Assembly: GCA_040219255.1 (NCBI GenBank)
Contig: JAVJSW010000012.1
Coordinates: 1 to 64,000, forward strand
Reading direction: 5' to 3'
Source: Sumerlaeia bacterium
Lineage (GTDB): Bacteria > Sumerlaeota > Sumerlaeia > SLMS01 > JAHLLQ01
DNA: 64,000 nt
The notes under the pieces were generated by a model. It did not search any database. It was given only the letters and a program-made list of their open reading frames with translations, and was not told the origin of the DNA. Both the position numbers and the translations under genes were made by a program. Shown piece by piece: positions 27,605 to 37,496 of this stretch (positions are counted from its first letter, which is position 1; every line of letters begins with the position of its first letter).

Positions 27605-29262
27605 TCCTTCAGCACATCGCCGAGGAGCACTTTCAGCTCCTGGCGCGAGATGGCGCCTTCGCGAAGGAGTTCGAAGCGTTCGCCGAGAGCGCTCAGGACC
27701 GTGCTGGCGCTTCCGAACTGGGTGCATTCACCGCCGTCGAGAACGCAGTGGATGCTGCCCTTGAAGTGCTCGATCAATGGCTCGGCGGTGGTGACGGGGG
27801 CATCGTCGGCCTGGACGCTGGCGTTGCGCATGGCGATAGGCCGGCCCACGCGACCGATGATGTCCAGGCAGAGCCGATTGTTGGGAATGCGAATGCCGAT
27901 TCGGTCGCTCGACGTGATGCCGTTGAGGGTTCCGGGGGCCTTTGGCAGGATCACCGTCAGGGCTCCGGGCCAGAACTTTTCGATCACTTTTTCCAGCGCG
28001 GGGGGGACTTCCCGCACGAGGGAGTCGAGCATCTCCGGACTGTGGATCAGGACGCCGAGCGTCTTCTTGTAGTCTTTGCCCTTCAGGCGGTAGAGCTGTT
28101 CGATGGCGTTGCGGTTGGTGGCGTCGGCGGCGAGACCGTAGACGGTGTCGGTGGGCAGTCCGACGATGTTGCCTTCGAGAAGGACCATCATGGCGTGCTC
28201 GACGATGTCCTCGTTGGGCTCCGCGCAGTTCACCTTGAAGACTTTGGTTTGAATGGTTTCCGTGCGGTCCTCCGGTTCGTCCTCCTCGGGTTCGGGAGAG
28301 ATGGAGAGATTGGCCTCCGGGGGAGCGGCGGCGGCGGAGCCCTTCGCCACGTCACGGTTGATCTGTGCCTCGAGGGATTCGGAGGATTCGACGGTGATGA
28401 GGGCGCGGGGCATATCGCGGGGGGTGGGGTCGATCACGGCGTCGGGTTCTGGCACGCGGTCGATTCCTCGGTGGCTGGGCGGATGGGCGAAGGCCGGTTC
28501 CTGGGGCACGGGGGTTTGCACCATCTCGCGCTTGAATGGCGGCAGCTTGGCGGGAGAGTGGGAAGCTGGAGCCCCGTTGCCGTTTCCGGCGGGTGGCCGC
28601 TCGGGAGGCCGCACGTCGGGGGAAGGCGACACCGCCCCGGGGCGGATGGGGGCCGCCTGGCTGGAGGGTTCGGGGGTGGCGGATTCGCTGGTGATGTCGC
28701 TTTCCGTCTCGTTTTCCGAATCGACGAGGACGGTATCCGAGATGGTTTTCTCCGGCAGGCAAAGCTCGGGGTATTCGTTGCCGAGTTCGCTGCGGATGCC
28801 TTCGAGACGCTGGACGCTGGCGATGCGGCGGTGGTTGAGAACGGTGCGGAATTGCGGGTGCTTGAGCGCCAGAATCTGCGCCGCTAGCACCGCCGCGTTC
28901 TCCGAGTTGTTGATGCCGACGGTGGCGATGGGGACACCCGGGGGCGTCTGAATCATGCTGTAGAGCGCGTCCTGGCCCCGCAGGGGGGAAGCGTCCACGG
29001 GGACGCCGATCACCGGCAGGTTCGTGTAGGCGGCGATCTGGGTGGCGATGTTGGAGGAACCGCCGCTGGCCGCGATGATGATTTCGATGCCGTGCTCGCT
29101 GGCGCTGAGCGCGAACTCCGAAACCCGGTCCGGCGTCCGGAAGGGCGAGATGAACTCGAAAATGTAGGGCACGCCCATGACGCGCAGGGTCTCCAGACCC
29201 CGGCGCATCACGTTGAAATCGGAACGGCTGCCAATGACGACACCCACTAATGCGGAAGGCAT
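27601..29262 (-). CDS. PurE-like / TsaC(Sua5/YrdC)-like fusion protein, both domains motif-degenerate
   Basis: N-terminal GSRSD, LPVIGVP, GQDALYS..Q.PPGVPIATV, NAA.LAAQIL (PurE); C-terminal PTDTVYGL, WPGALT, IRIP, LREGAI (YrdC); ~175 aa Pro/Glu/Ser-rich linker. Confidence 0.9.
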   Translation of the reverse strand: MPSALVGVVIGSRSDFNVMRRGLETLRVMGVPYIFEFISPFRTPDRVSEFALSASEHGIEIIIAASGGSSNIATQIAAYTNLPVIGVPVDASPLRGQDALYSMIQTPPGVPIATVGINNSENAAVLAAQILALKHPQFRTVLNHRRIASVQRLEGIRSELGNEYPELCLPEKTISDTVLVDSENETESDITSESATPEPSSQAAPIRPGAVSPSPDVRPPERPPAGNGNGAPASHSPAKLPPFKREMVQTPVPQEPAFAHPPSHRGIDRVPEPDAVIDPTPRDMPRALITVESSESLEAQINRDVAKGSAAAAPPEANLSISPEPEEDEPEDRTETIQTKVFKVNCAEPNEDIVEHAMMVLLEGNIVGLPTDTVYGLAADATNRNAIEQLYRLKGKDYKKTLGVLIHSPEMLDSLVREVPPALEKVIEKFWPGALTVILPKAPGTLNGITSSDRIGIRIPNNRLCLDIIGRVGRPIAMRNASVQADDAPVTTAEPLIEHFKGSIHCVLDGGECTQFGSASTVLSALGERFELLREGAISRQELKVLLGDVLKD

Positions 29263-29371
29263 GAAAGAGGTGTTCCTTCCTGGAGGCGCGGTCTCGCCCC
29301 GGATTGCCCCATCGGGTTTTTCACTCTACCGTCCCCGCGAAGTCTGGACCAAGGAAAAACAGCAGGGCGTT

Positions 29372-29989
29372 TTACTTTGGTGGTGTGGCTCCCGCGACCT
29401 GCCCCTCGATCTGCTCTTCCGCGCCCATCCAATTCGTGACGAGCCATTCGTCACCCTGCTGGCGCAGGAGGACCCGGTTGGTGGAGCTTCCGGTCAGAAC
29501 CATGACCTCGGCGTTGATGCCATCTTCCAGGATCCGCTTGCTCTGAACCATGCCGGCGCCGCGGAGGGCGCCGTGGCGCAACAGGTACTTCATGGCCTCG
29601 GCGTCGTGCCGGGCGGGGGTGAAATCCTTCCAGGCCTGGGGGTCGTTCTGGTTCGGGATCCAGGAGAGGGCCTTGACGTTTTCCTCGAACCAGCTGCGCG
29701 AGGCGCTGTCGAAGAACTCCAGCCATTCCTCCACATCCACCTGGGTCGGCGAGATGTTCGAGGGGGGCACGAAGCGCTGGACCCGATTGGTGTAGGAGCG
29801 CACGGTGTCCTCTGGCGACGACCGGAGATTGGGGGCGGCGCCGGGGCCCCTGCCGCTGAGCAGAGCCCAGGCCGCCACGGCCACAATGGCCACGGGAATG
29901 AGCCAGGTCAGGGTGATCCAGATGCCCCTCGAGGTTTTTTTCGCCGCGACTTTCGCGCGTGTGCCAGCCGTCTGCTTATCGTCCGCCAT
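29372..29989 (-). CDS. Hypothetical membrane-anchored protein
   Basis: Single N-terminal TM helix; ends in an NTF2-like LRQQGDEWLV pattern. Confidence 0.7.
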   Translation of the reverse strand: MADDKQTAGTRAKVAAKKTSRGIWITLTWLIPVAIVAVAAWALLSGRGPGAAPNLRSSPEDTVRSYTNRVQRFVPPSNISPTQVDVEEWLEFFDSASRSWFEENVKALSWIPNQNDPQAWKDFTPARHDAEAMKYLLRHGALRGAGMVQSKRILEDGINAEVMVLTGSSTNRVLLRQQGDEWLVTNWMGAEEQIEGQVAGATPPK

Positions 29990-30039
29990 GGGAAAGGTCC
30001 TCTGCTTGGATGTTTGTAACGCCCGGGTCCCGGAGGGCC

Positions 30040-31752
30040 TCAGGGATTCAGGGTGGCGGGGGGATGATCCGGCGGAATCGCCAGCCCCGGGCCCCTCAAA
30101 TTCTTACCGGCTAAAGCATCGGCCAAAGTGGTGCCTTTGCCAAGGCCGAGAATGTATTCGTTCACCTGCGCCATCGCCTTGGCGACCGATGAGCCTTCCG
30201 AGTAGCGGGCGTCCGAGCCGAGCACGGCGGCGGGCCGGCTGCCCAGGTCCAGGATGCTTTCGAGGGAAATGCGATGCGCCGGGCGCGCCAGCGTGAACTG
30301 TCCGTCCGCGTTGATCATCACCACGTGATTGTCCTTCAACGTGCCGAGAACGTCTTCCACTTCGCGGTATCGGGCCCCCAGCCGGTGAACGATGTCCACG
30401 GCGTTGATTCCGCCGCGGCCTTCATCGAACGCGTCGCCGACGATCATCGCCACGCCGAGGAGCAGCCGGCAATCGAGGGGGCAGTAGGCACCGGTGAGGA
30501 AGTACTGGCGGAAGAGGCGCTTGGAGTTCTGGGCTACGTAAGTGATTTCATTCCCCAACAAGAATACAACCCATGTAAAATAGATCCATATCAAAAAGAT
30601 CGGCACCGCTCCCAGGCTCTTGATGAGTTCCTGGTTCGTGGACGACAGCATGACGTAGTAGAAGAAGCCGACCTTGGCTCCTTCCCACAGAAAGCCAGCG
30701 GCGAGGCCGCCCATCAGGGCGTACTTGAGTTTCACGTTCGTCGGCGGAATCAGCATGTAGGCCAGGGCGAGGGCCAGGGCGTTGAAAAGTGGCGTGATGA
30801 ACCCGAGGAGAAGCCCGGCGATGCCGCTGACGTCCTCGCCGGTGCCGTTGGGGTAACCGGGGTAACCGGGGGGCCGGTCAGACGGGGGCTCCGCCATTGG
30901 GGTCGGCGGCGCGGGCGCGATGTTGTCCGTAAGGGTGTCGGTCGTGGGCCGGAGGACGCCGGAGGTCATGCGGTCGAGGGAGGTGATGTCGGAGACGGCG
31001 GATCTCATGACCGATTCCGGAACTGGCAGCAAGCTCCTGGCGGGCGATTCGGCGAGATCCTCGACCGCCTCCCCCGGGTCTCCATCGGAAAACAGGGAGA
31101 CGGCGTAGGTCGACACGCTGATGGAGACGCCGGCGAAGAGGATGATAAAGAAGACAAAGAGGGTGAAACCTGTCACAGTTCGCGAAAAGTTTTGTTTGTG
31201 GCCGGTTTGCCAACTGGCTTCGAAGCCGTCCTCGATGGAGCGATAGAGAAAGGCGGCGGCCAGCAGAACACCCATGAAGCCGACGAAGCCGAGGCCGGTG
31301 GCTTTTTCCCGATAGGTTTTCGAGGCGGCCCGGACTGTTTCGGCGAGGGTGAAGAATTCCTCGCGATCGGAGTCGGACGTATGAATCGGCAGACCATCGT
31401 TGAGCATCACCGGGGTGGTGGGGGGCAGGAGACGCTGTTCGAGCCAGTCGATGAACTGGTCTTCCTGCTCATTGCCGTAGAAGGCGGCGCCGACGCCGGT
31501 GACGAAGGCCAGGAGGGGGAAAATGGACAGGATGGTGGTGTAGGTCAGCGAGGCGGCGCGCTGGAACATCTGGTCCTTGTTGATCTCGCGCCAAAGGACG
31601 AGGAGAAAGCGGGGGATGGCCAGAAAGAGCTGGTACTTACGGCTTCCCGGAAGGGAGTCCAGCTTCTCCGTCTGAATGTGGCTTCCGAGGCGGAGAACGC
31701 GATCTTTGGCGTGGGCGAGGTTTTCCAGGGTGAAAAAATTCTTCAAGGACAA
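30040..31752 (-). CDS. YihY/BrkB-family inner membrane protein with C-terminal winged helix (start uncertain)
   Basis: RAASLTYTTILSIFP, ALMGGL.AG.LWE.AK.GF, LGAVPIFLIWIY.TW...LLGNE, LARPAHRISL. Confidence 0.88.
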   Translation of the reverse strand: MSLKNFFTLENLAHAKDRVLRLGSHIQTEKLDSLPGSRKYQLFLAIPRFLLVLWREINKDQMFQRAASLTYTTILSIFPLLAFVTGVGAAFYGNEQEDQFIDWLEQRLLPPTTPVMLNDGLPIHTSDSDREEFFTLAETVRAASKTYREKATGLGFVGFMGVLLAAAFLYRSIEDGFEASWQTGHKQNFSRTVTGFTLFVFFIILFAGVSISVSTYAVSLFSDGDPGEAVEDLAESPARSLLPVPESVMRSAVSDITSLDRMTSGVLRPTTDTLTDNIAPAPPTPMAEPPSDRPPGYPGYPNGTGEDVSGIAGLLLGFITPLFNALALALAYMLIPPTNVKLKYALMGGLAAGFLWEGAKVGFFYYVMLSSTNQELIKSLGAVPIFLIWIYFTWVVFLLGNEITYVAQNSKRLFRQYFLTGAYCPLDCRLLLGVAMIVGDAFDEGRGGINAVDIVHRLGARYREVEDVLGTLKDNHVVMINADGQFTLARPAHRISLESILDLGSRPAAVLGSDARYSEGSSVAKAMAQVNEYILGLGKGTTLADALAGKNLRGPGLAIPPDHPPATLNP

Positions 31753-31921
31753 GGCCCTTCGCGCGCCAGGAGTGGACTGTACTAAGGAGGGCGGATTCGG
31801 CAACGGCAAGGGGAAAGCCCTTGTGTCGAGGTGGCCGCGCTGGTGCATTCGCGGCATACACGTTGCGTGCCGGATCACCCGCGAAGGACCCGGTATTCGC
31901 CGCAAGGAGCGCGTTTCCCCC

Positions 31922-32392
31922 ATGCCGTTGGAAAACTTCTCGTTCGTTGTCGAAGGCCTCTTGGCGGGTTGTGCGCACCCGGCGTACTTCAGCCGCGATC
32001 TGCGGGGCGGTTTGCTGGAATTGGCGGAGCACGGCATCGGCGCCATCGTGAGCCTGACGGAGGACCGGCTGCCGGCCGGGGCCTTGCAGGAGGCGGGAAT
32101 CCGCTATCTGCACCTGCCGATTCGCGATTTCACGCCGCCCTCGCAGGAGCAGATCGACCGCTTCGTGGAGTTCGTGGAGGCGGTGGAGGAGGCCAAGGCG
32201 GGCGCCGTGGTGGTGCATTGCTTCGCGGGCCAGGGCCGGACGGGGACGATGCTGGCGGCTTGGCTGGTGTACAAGGGTGCGCGGGCGGCGGAGGCGGTGG
32301 AGAAGGTGCGGGAACTGCGCCCGGGCAGCATCGAAACGGAGAAGCAGGTGGCCGCGGTGGCGGAGTACGAGAAAAGGCTGCGGGGTTTTTAG
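31922..32392 (+). CDS. Dual-specificity protein phosphatase
   Basis: VVVHCFAGQGRTGT (CX5R), LPIRDF.PP, RPGSIET.KQ. Confidence 0.93.
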   Translation: MPLENFSFVVEGLLAGCAHPAYFSRDLRGGLLELAEHGIGAIVSLTEDRLPAGALQEAGIRYLHLPIRDFTPPSQEQIDRFVEFVEAVEEAKAGAVVVHCFAGQGRTGTMLAAWLVYKGARAAEAVEKVRELRPGSIETEKQVAAVAEYEKRLRGF

Positions 32393-32503
32393 GATTCGAC
32401 TTGCATTGCGGAGGTGGGGTCCTCCAAAGTCCCGGGCCTTTCGCGCTGGGCGTGGCCATAGGCCAGTCTGCCCAGCGCCTGTATTCATCAGGAGTTTCGT
32501 ACC

Positions 32504-32686
32504 ATGGCCAAGAAAGGTAACCGCATCCAGGTTATTCTCGAGTGCACCGAACAGCGTGATTCCGGCGTGCCCGGCATGTCGCGCTATGTGACGACCAAGA
32601 ACCGCAAGAACACCACGCAGCGCGTTGAGCTTCGTAAGTACAATAAGTTCATGAAGAAAGTCACTCTTCACAAAGAGATCAAGTAA
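32504..32686 (+). CDS. rpmG: 50S ribosomal protein L33 (non-zinc-ribbon type)
   Basis: ILECTE...[20 protein letters not shown]....VTLHKEIK. Confidence 0.97.
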   Translation: MAKKGNRIQVILECTEQRDSGVPGMSRYVTTKNRKNTTQRVELRKYNKFMKKVTLHKEIK

Positions 32687-32713
32687 GCAGCTCGCTCTCT
32701 TGGGACTTCTTTC

Positions 32714-33670
32714 ATGACTTGCTTTACCCTTCGCCGCCACCGGGTCCTCCCGGTCGCGGCGTTTTTGCGCTTCCTGAGTCTGACTCTTTGCCTGGCGACG
32801 CTGGCTGTAGCCTGCCGCGCCACGCAGCCCACGGAGCCCGATTCCCAGGCCAGCGAGGACGACGACGTCTCCTTTGTCGTCACCAGCAACGGAGCGCTTT
32901 CCGACTGGGCACGCATTCTCCTGCGCGGCACGCCGCAACGGGTTTCGTTGCTGCAGGCGCGCGACATTCCCCCAGAGAAGGGGCCGACGCCGGTTCAGCT
33001 CGCGCTGCTCAAGAAAGCGCAGGCCATGGCGATCTGGCCGGACCCCTCGACGGACCGGCTGGAGGACGCCTGGCGTCAGGCCCGGCCGGACGAAACCCGG
33101 CTAATTCGCATCGAACCGCAGGCCGCCGCCGCCGGGGAAGGCTGGCTCGACCCGATCGCCGCCGCGAAGGGCGTTTCCACGCTGGCGGCGGAGTTGAGGA
33201 CTCTCTTTCCCGCCGACGCCCCCACCATCACCAAGAACGAGGCGGCTTACTTGCTGACGCTGTCGGGTCTGGACGCGCGCATCCGCACGCTTCTGCCGCC
33301 GGACATGCCTCCCCTGGTGATCGAGCACGCCTGCTGGCTGCCGTTCTTCGAGCGCTACGGCCTGGAAGTGAAGGCGTCGCTGGTGCCTTGCGGCAAGGCG
33401 GACCCGAACTTCGCCGAGGCCCGTTCCTTTTCCAGCGCGCTGGAAGAGATGGCGGACGGGCTCTATGTGGGCGACCGGCGCACGGCGCGCGGGGAGTCCG
33501 AACCGCTCAAGCTTCCGGTGGCGGCGTTCGATGCCTTGGAGTACACGGAAGCGGGCGACAACTCCTACCTGGCTGCGATGGAGCGCAATGCGCTGAACCT
33601 GGCGCTGGCGTCGCGGGTGGCGGTGTTGCAGCGGGCCGAGGGTGCGGACGAGGACTCGGCTTCGAACTGA
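32714..33670 (+). CDS. ZnuA/TroA-like metal-binding lipoprotein, degenerate
   Basis: Lipobox LAVAC; WLDP, FP.DA.....N...Y...L..LD, F.ERYGL, SYLAAMERN. Confidence 0.72.
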   Translation: MTCFTLRRHRVLPVAAFLRFLSLTLCLATLAVACRATQPTEPDSQASEDDDVSFVVTSNGALSDWARILLRGTPQRVSLLQARDIPPEKGPTPVQLALLKKAQAMAIWPDPSTDRLEDAWRQARPDETRLIRIEPQAAAAGEGWLDPIAAAKGVSTLAAELRTLFPADAPTITKNEAAYLLTLSGLDARIRTLLPPDMPPLVIEHACWLPFFERYGLEVKASLVPCGKADPNFAEARSFSSALEEMADGLYVGDRRTARGESEPLKLPVAAFDALEYTEAGDNSYLAAMERNALNLALASRVAVLQRAEGADEDSASN

Positions 33671-33747
33671 GGCTGAGTGGATCTTCTCATAGAGAAACCT
33701 GATGCGACGGATCCGCTTCGCCCGGAGGCGGGGGTGGGGCCTTGGCC

Positions 33748-36441
33748 TTATCCCAGTTCGTCGCCGGGGCCGCCTTCTTTGGCGGCTTGCGGATCGAGGA
33801 GAGCCAGCACCGCCGGCAAGATCGCCAGCGCCGCGATGAGGGTATAGACCACACCCAGAATCGACAGCACGCCCAATTCCCGGATTCCACGGAAGTCGGC
33901 AAAAACCAGCGATCCGAAACCGAAAATCGTGGTCAGGCTGGTAATCACCACGGCGCGGCCGGTGCGTTGCACGGTGGCTTTCAGGTCGCGTTCGCCCTCT
34001 TCATAGAAGCGCTGGAGCATGTGGATGCCCGAGTCCACTCCGATCCCGACGATCATGGGCAGCGCGATGATGTTGAGGTAATGCAGCTTCATGCCCGCCA
34101 AGTGCATCGTCCCCAGCGTGCAGAGCAGCGCGATGAGCACCGGCAGCATGGCGATGATCGCCCGGTCGAGACGGCGGAAGGCCCAAGTCAACACGATCAG
34201 AATCACGATGAGCACCACCAGAACGGTAAGCGCCAGGTCTTTCATCACGAGGTCCCGGAGTTCTTCCTGGATGACGGCCGTGCCGACGATTTCCGGTGGA
34301 TTGGCGAGGCCTTCGGCGAGCCGCTCCTTGAATTCGTCCGGCACGCTGGACACCCAGACGTCCTGCGGGGGATAGATTTGCGTCACGGTGCGCCACAAAC
34401 CCTTCTCGGTCTTGAACATATAGCTTTGGACGACGTCGATGAGGGCTTGGTTGTCGGTTTCGCTGAGGCTTTCGAGGCTGATGGGCGCGCCGGGCGATTG
34501 AAGGCCGCGGATGGAGGTGGCCTGAAAGTCCTCGAGCCGGCCGAGGAAGCGGTCGAAGATTTTCGGCGCGAGACGGTTTTCCACGGCCAGTTCCGCCAGG
34601 CGCTCCTCGAAGGCTACCAGGTCTAGATTGGCCATGCGCTGGAGGCTGGCTCGCTGGGTTTTCTGCGACGGGTAGAAAAATCGCAGGCTGTCCTTGGCGA
34701 TGAGGGGCTGACCGCCATAGCGCTCGTACTCGTAAATGTTACGGAAGAGGCGGTCGTTGGCTTCCAGGACCTCCTGCTCGGTTTCCGCTTCCACAATGGC
34801 GAGGACCTGGTTGCTGGGGACTTCGAAGGAGCTGACGAGACGTTCGCGCAGGTCGAGGTATTCCTTGCTCGGTTCGCGAAGCAGGCGGAAGTCGTCCTCG
34901 AAGCCGACCAGCCGGGCATGATAACCCAAGAAAACACAGATGATCAGCCCAGCCACGATGGTGGCTCGGGGATAGGCAATGGCCAGAAAGTGAAAGCGCC
35001 GCAAACCGAAGGTGGCCATGGGACGCTGGGTGAAGGCTCCCACCGGTCCGCGCCCGAAAATCGACAGCATGGGAGGCAGCACCAGAATGACCGCCAGAAG
35101 GCAGAAGACCGTGCCCATGCCGACCACCAGACCCAGCTCCTGGAATCCGACGAAGCGGGTCAGGCGCATGCCGAAGAACGCGAAGGTCGTGGTCAGGGCT
35201 CCGTAGAAGAGGCCGGGTCCGGTGGCGATGACGGCCCGCCGCAATGCGTCGTTGTTCTCGCGGCCGTTGCGGATTTCCTCCAGATAGCGATTGTAGATGT
35301 GGACCGAGAAGTCGATGCCCAATCCGATCAGGATGGCGGCGAAGGCCATGGTGACCTGGGTCAGGCGCCCCGGATAGAGGCTGACGGCGCCGAGAGTCCA
35401 GCAAACGCCGAGGGCCAACGGCATGCCAACGAAGACGAGGGCTTCGGGCCGGCGGAAGGCGAAGAAGAAGAGAGCGAGCACCGCGATGAAGGAGGCGATG
35501 GAGGTCTTGTAGAGATCCGAGCGGACGATGCGGGAGTCGACGATGGCTTCGTAGTGGGGGCCGTAGAAGCGGATGTTGAAGTATCGGCCTTCGGGGCGGT
35601 CGGGGAAGGACCACTGGGGATTGCGGAGGAAAACGCCGGCGCGGGTTTCCTCGAGGAAGTCCTGAAACTCGCGGGCAAAGGCCAGGTCGGTTGCGGGGGC
35701 TACAGGCCAGAGGAGGAGCAGAAGCGTCTTGCCATCGGCGGACATGAAGTAGTTGTCGCGCAGATTGACCTTGAGGGGGCCGCTCTTGATTTCGAGGCGC
35801 TCAATGAGGACCTGGTGGAAATTGAGCGGGTCGCGCAGGAGCTTGTCGCGCTGGTAGCGCGGGATCGGAGCGTTGAGCAGGCCGCTCAGGCGCCGGATGT
35901 CCTGCTGCAGGCTGTAGGTGGTCAGTTTGTCTTCAAGCCTTTGCCAGTCCGCTTCCGTCAGAAGGGCCACGGCGCGGGCATCGCCTTCCGGCGTGCCGAT
36001 TTCCAGGGACTCGGGTTCGAGCGTGTAGGTGACGTCGCGGATGAAGCGGCGGTCGCTCAGCGCGTAGGCCAGTTCCTCCGCCGCGTCCTTGAGCATCGCC
36101 TCCTTGCCCTCCTCGTCGGTGGCGATGACAGCGAGCATGAAATCGAAAGAGCCGAAGTCCTGGAGAACGGTGCGGGCGCGGCGGGAAACTTCAGACTCCT
36201 CGGGCAGGAGAGCCGCCACGTCCATTTCGATGTCGAGGTATTCGCGGATGGCCAGGATGGCCCCGGCGGTCATGACAGCGCCCAGGAGGAAGCAAAGAAA
36301 GGGGTGGACCGAGACGAAGCGCGCGAGGGTGCGGACCGTGATGCGGTCGGCGCGGGGCGAACCGGTGCCATGCTCGCCCGATTCCCAGCGGGCGAAGAAA
36401 TCGTCGTCTTCCGGCGGCGTGTTCTTCTGATCCGGCCTCAC
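33748..36441 (-). CDS. MMPL/RND-family transporter (HpnN-like)
   Basis: Two repeats of GLGIDFSVH / GIGVDSGIH, ~12 TM helices, LTTTFAF and LTTIFGF; GTG start overlaps upstream stop. Confidence 0.92.
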   Translation of the reverse strand: MRPDQKNTPPEDDDFFARWESGEHGTGSPRADRITVRTLARFVSVHPFLCFLLGAVMTAGAILAIREYLDIEMDVAALLPEESEVSRRARTVLQDFGSFDFMLAVIATDEEGKEAMLKDAAEELAYALSDRRFIRDVTYTLEPESLEIGTPEGDARAVALLTEADWQRLEDKLTTYSLQQDIRRLSGLLNAPIPRYQRDKLLRDPLNFHQVLIERLEIKSGPLKVNLRDNYFMSADGKTLLLLLWPVAPATDLAFAREFQDFLEETRAGVFLRNPQWSFPDRPEGRYFNIRFYGPHYEAIVDSRIVRSDLYKTSIASFIAVLALFFFAFRRPEALVFVGMPLALGVCWTLGAVSLYPGRLTQVTMAFAAILIGLGIDFSVHIYNRYLEEIRNGRENNDALRRAVIATGPGLFYGALTTTFAFFGMRLTRFVGFQELGLVVGMGTVFCLLAVILVLPPMLSIFGRGPVGAFTQRPMATFGLRRFHFLAIAYPRATIVAGLIICVFLGYHARLVGFEDDFRLLREPSKEYLDLRERLVSSFEVPSNQVLAIVEAETEQEVLEANDRLFRNIYEYERYGGQPLIAKDSLRFFYPSQKTQRASLQRMANLDLVAFEERLAELAVENRLAPKIFDRFLGRLEDFQATSIRGLQSPGAPISLESLSETDNQALIDVVQSYMFKTEKGLWRTVTQIYPPQDVWVSSVPDEFKERLAEGLANPPEIVGTAVIQEELRDLVMKDLALTVLVVLIVILIVLTWAFRRLDRAIIAMLPVLIALLCTLGTMHLAGMKLHYLNIIALPMIVGIGVDSGIHMLQRFYEEGERDLKATVQRTGRAVVITSLTTIFGFGSLVFADFRGIRELGVLSILGVVYTLIAALAILPAVLALLDPQAAKEGGPGDELG

Positions 36442-37379
36442 GGAGCCGCGGGCGCCCCCTCGTCGGTGTAATTCGCATCGGGTTCGAGGGCCTGGCGATT
36501 GGCCAGTTCCTCCAGCGGATAAATCGCCTCCGCTTTCCCGTCGGGGCACTGGAACACCGCGTCCACCAGGGGCGGGTCCATGCGGTACTTGCTCAATTTC
36601 ACGCTGACCTTGGCGGCGCTCTGCGGCAACAGCACGGTCAGCTCCATGGGCATCAGTTCGCCGGCGTCGATGAATTCGTAGTCCTCGTACTCAACGACTA
36701 GGTCCGGGACGCCGTTGGGCTGTTGGATGGCGACGCTGGTGACGGCGGCGTCTTCACGGCGGATGGTCCAGGACATGACGCGCTCGCTGCCGGGGATTTC
36801 CTGGCTCAGGAGCATCGTTTCCTCGTTCACGCCGAACATCCATTCGCTGCGGACTTCGAGGCGGCGCTTGAGGTCGTGGTTGATGAGGAGGGCACTGAGC
36901 ATCTGGCGCGGCGTCAGGAGGCCCGTGACGCCGCCGAGTTCCTGCAATTCCTGCAGGGTGCCGACGAAGAGTTCCTTCTCGCGATTGAGGTACACGCAGG
37001 CCGAGTCCTGGAGCGTCAGTACTTCGAAGATGGTGCCAACGGGAACGCGGGAGCCGCGCAGACGGATGTCGTCCGGGGTGCGATGGAGCAGATTGGCGTC
37101 GAACCAGATTTTGCCGTCCATGCCCTCCTGCTCCATCACGATGCGGCCGACGGCCTGCATGGTCTGGTGCGAGCGGGTGCGCTGATCGAGGACGGCTTTC
37201 AATTCATCGAGGGTGCCTTCCGCCAGCAGGTAGTCGGGCCGGGGGGGCAGGACGCTGTCGGGGCCGGTCTCGGCGGGCTTCTTGCGGCCGAAAACCCCAC
37301 AGCCAGCCGTCAGCGCGAGCATGGCGACGAGTGCGAGGAATGGGAAGAAGCGGGAGCGGAAGGGCAACAGGGACGGCAT
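36438..37379 (-). CDS. Lipoprotein with LolA/LolB-like (DUF4292-type) fold
   Basis: Lipobox LTAGC; PDDIRLRG, VEYEDY...MP.EL; coupled to the MMPL gene. Confidence 0.65.
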   Translation of the reverse strand: MPSLLPFRSRFFPFLALVAMLALTAGCGVFGRKKPAETGPDSVLPPRPDYLLAEGTLDELKAVLDQRTRSHQTMQAVGRIVMEQEGMDGKIWFDANLLHRTPDDIRLRGSRVPVGTIFEVLTLQDSACVYLNREKELFVGTLQELQELGGVTGLLTPRQMLSALLINHDLKRRLEVRSEWMFGVNEETMLLSQEIPGSERVMSWTIRREDAAVTSVAIQQPNGVPDLVVEYEDYEFIDAGELMPMELTVLLPQSAAKVSVKLSKYRMDPPLVDAVFQCPDGKAEAIYPLEELANRQALEPDANYTDEGAPAAP

Positions 37380-37496
37380 GCAAGAGAGACAGCCCCGGAG
37401 AGTCGGGGCACGGAGAATTGAGCGAGCCTGAGGCGGCGGGGCTCTTGGTGTCAATGGACGCCGCAGACCCGCCGAGAGTTTGGCCTGCAGCGAGAA

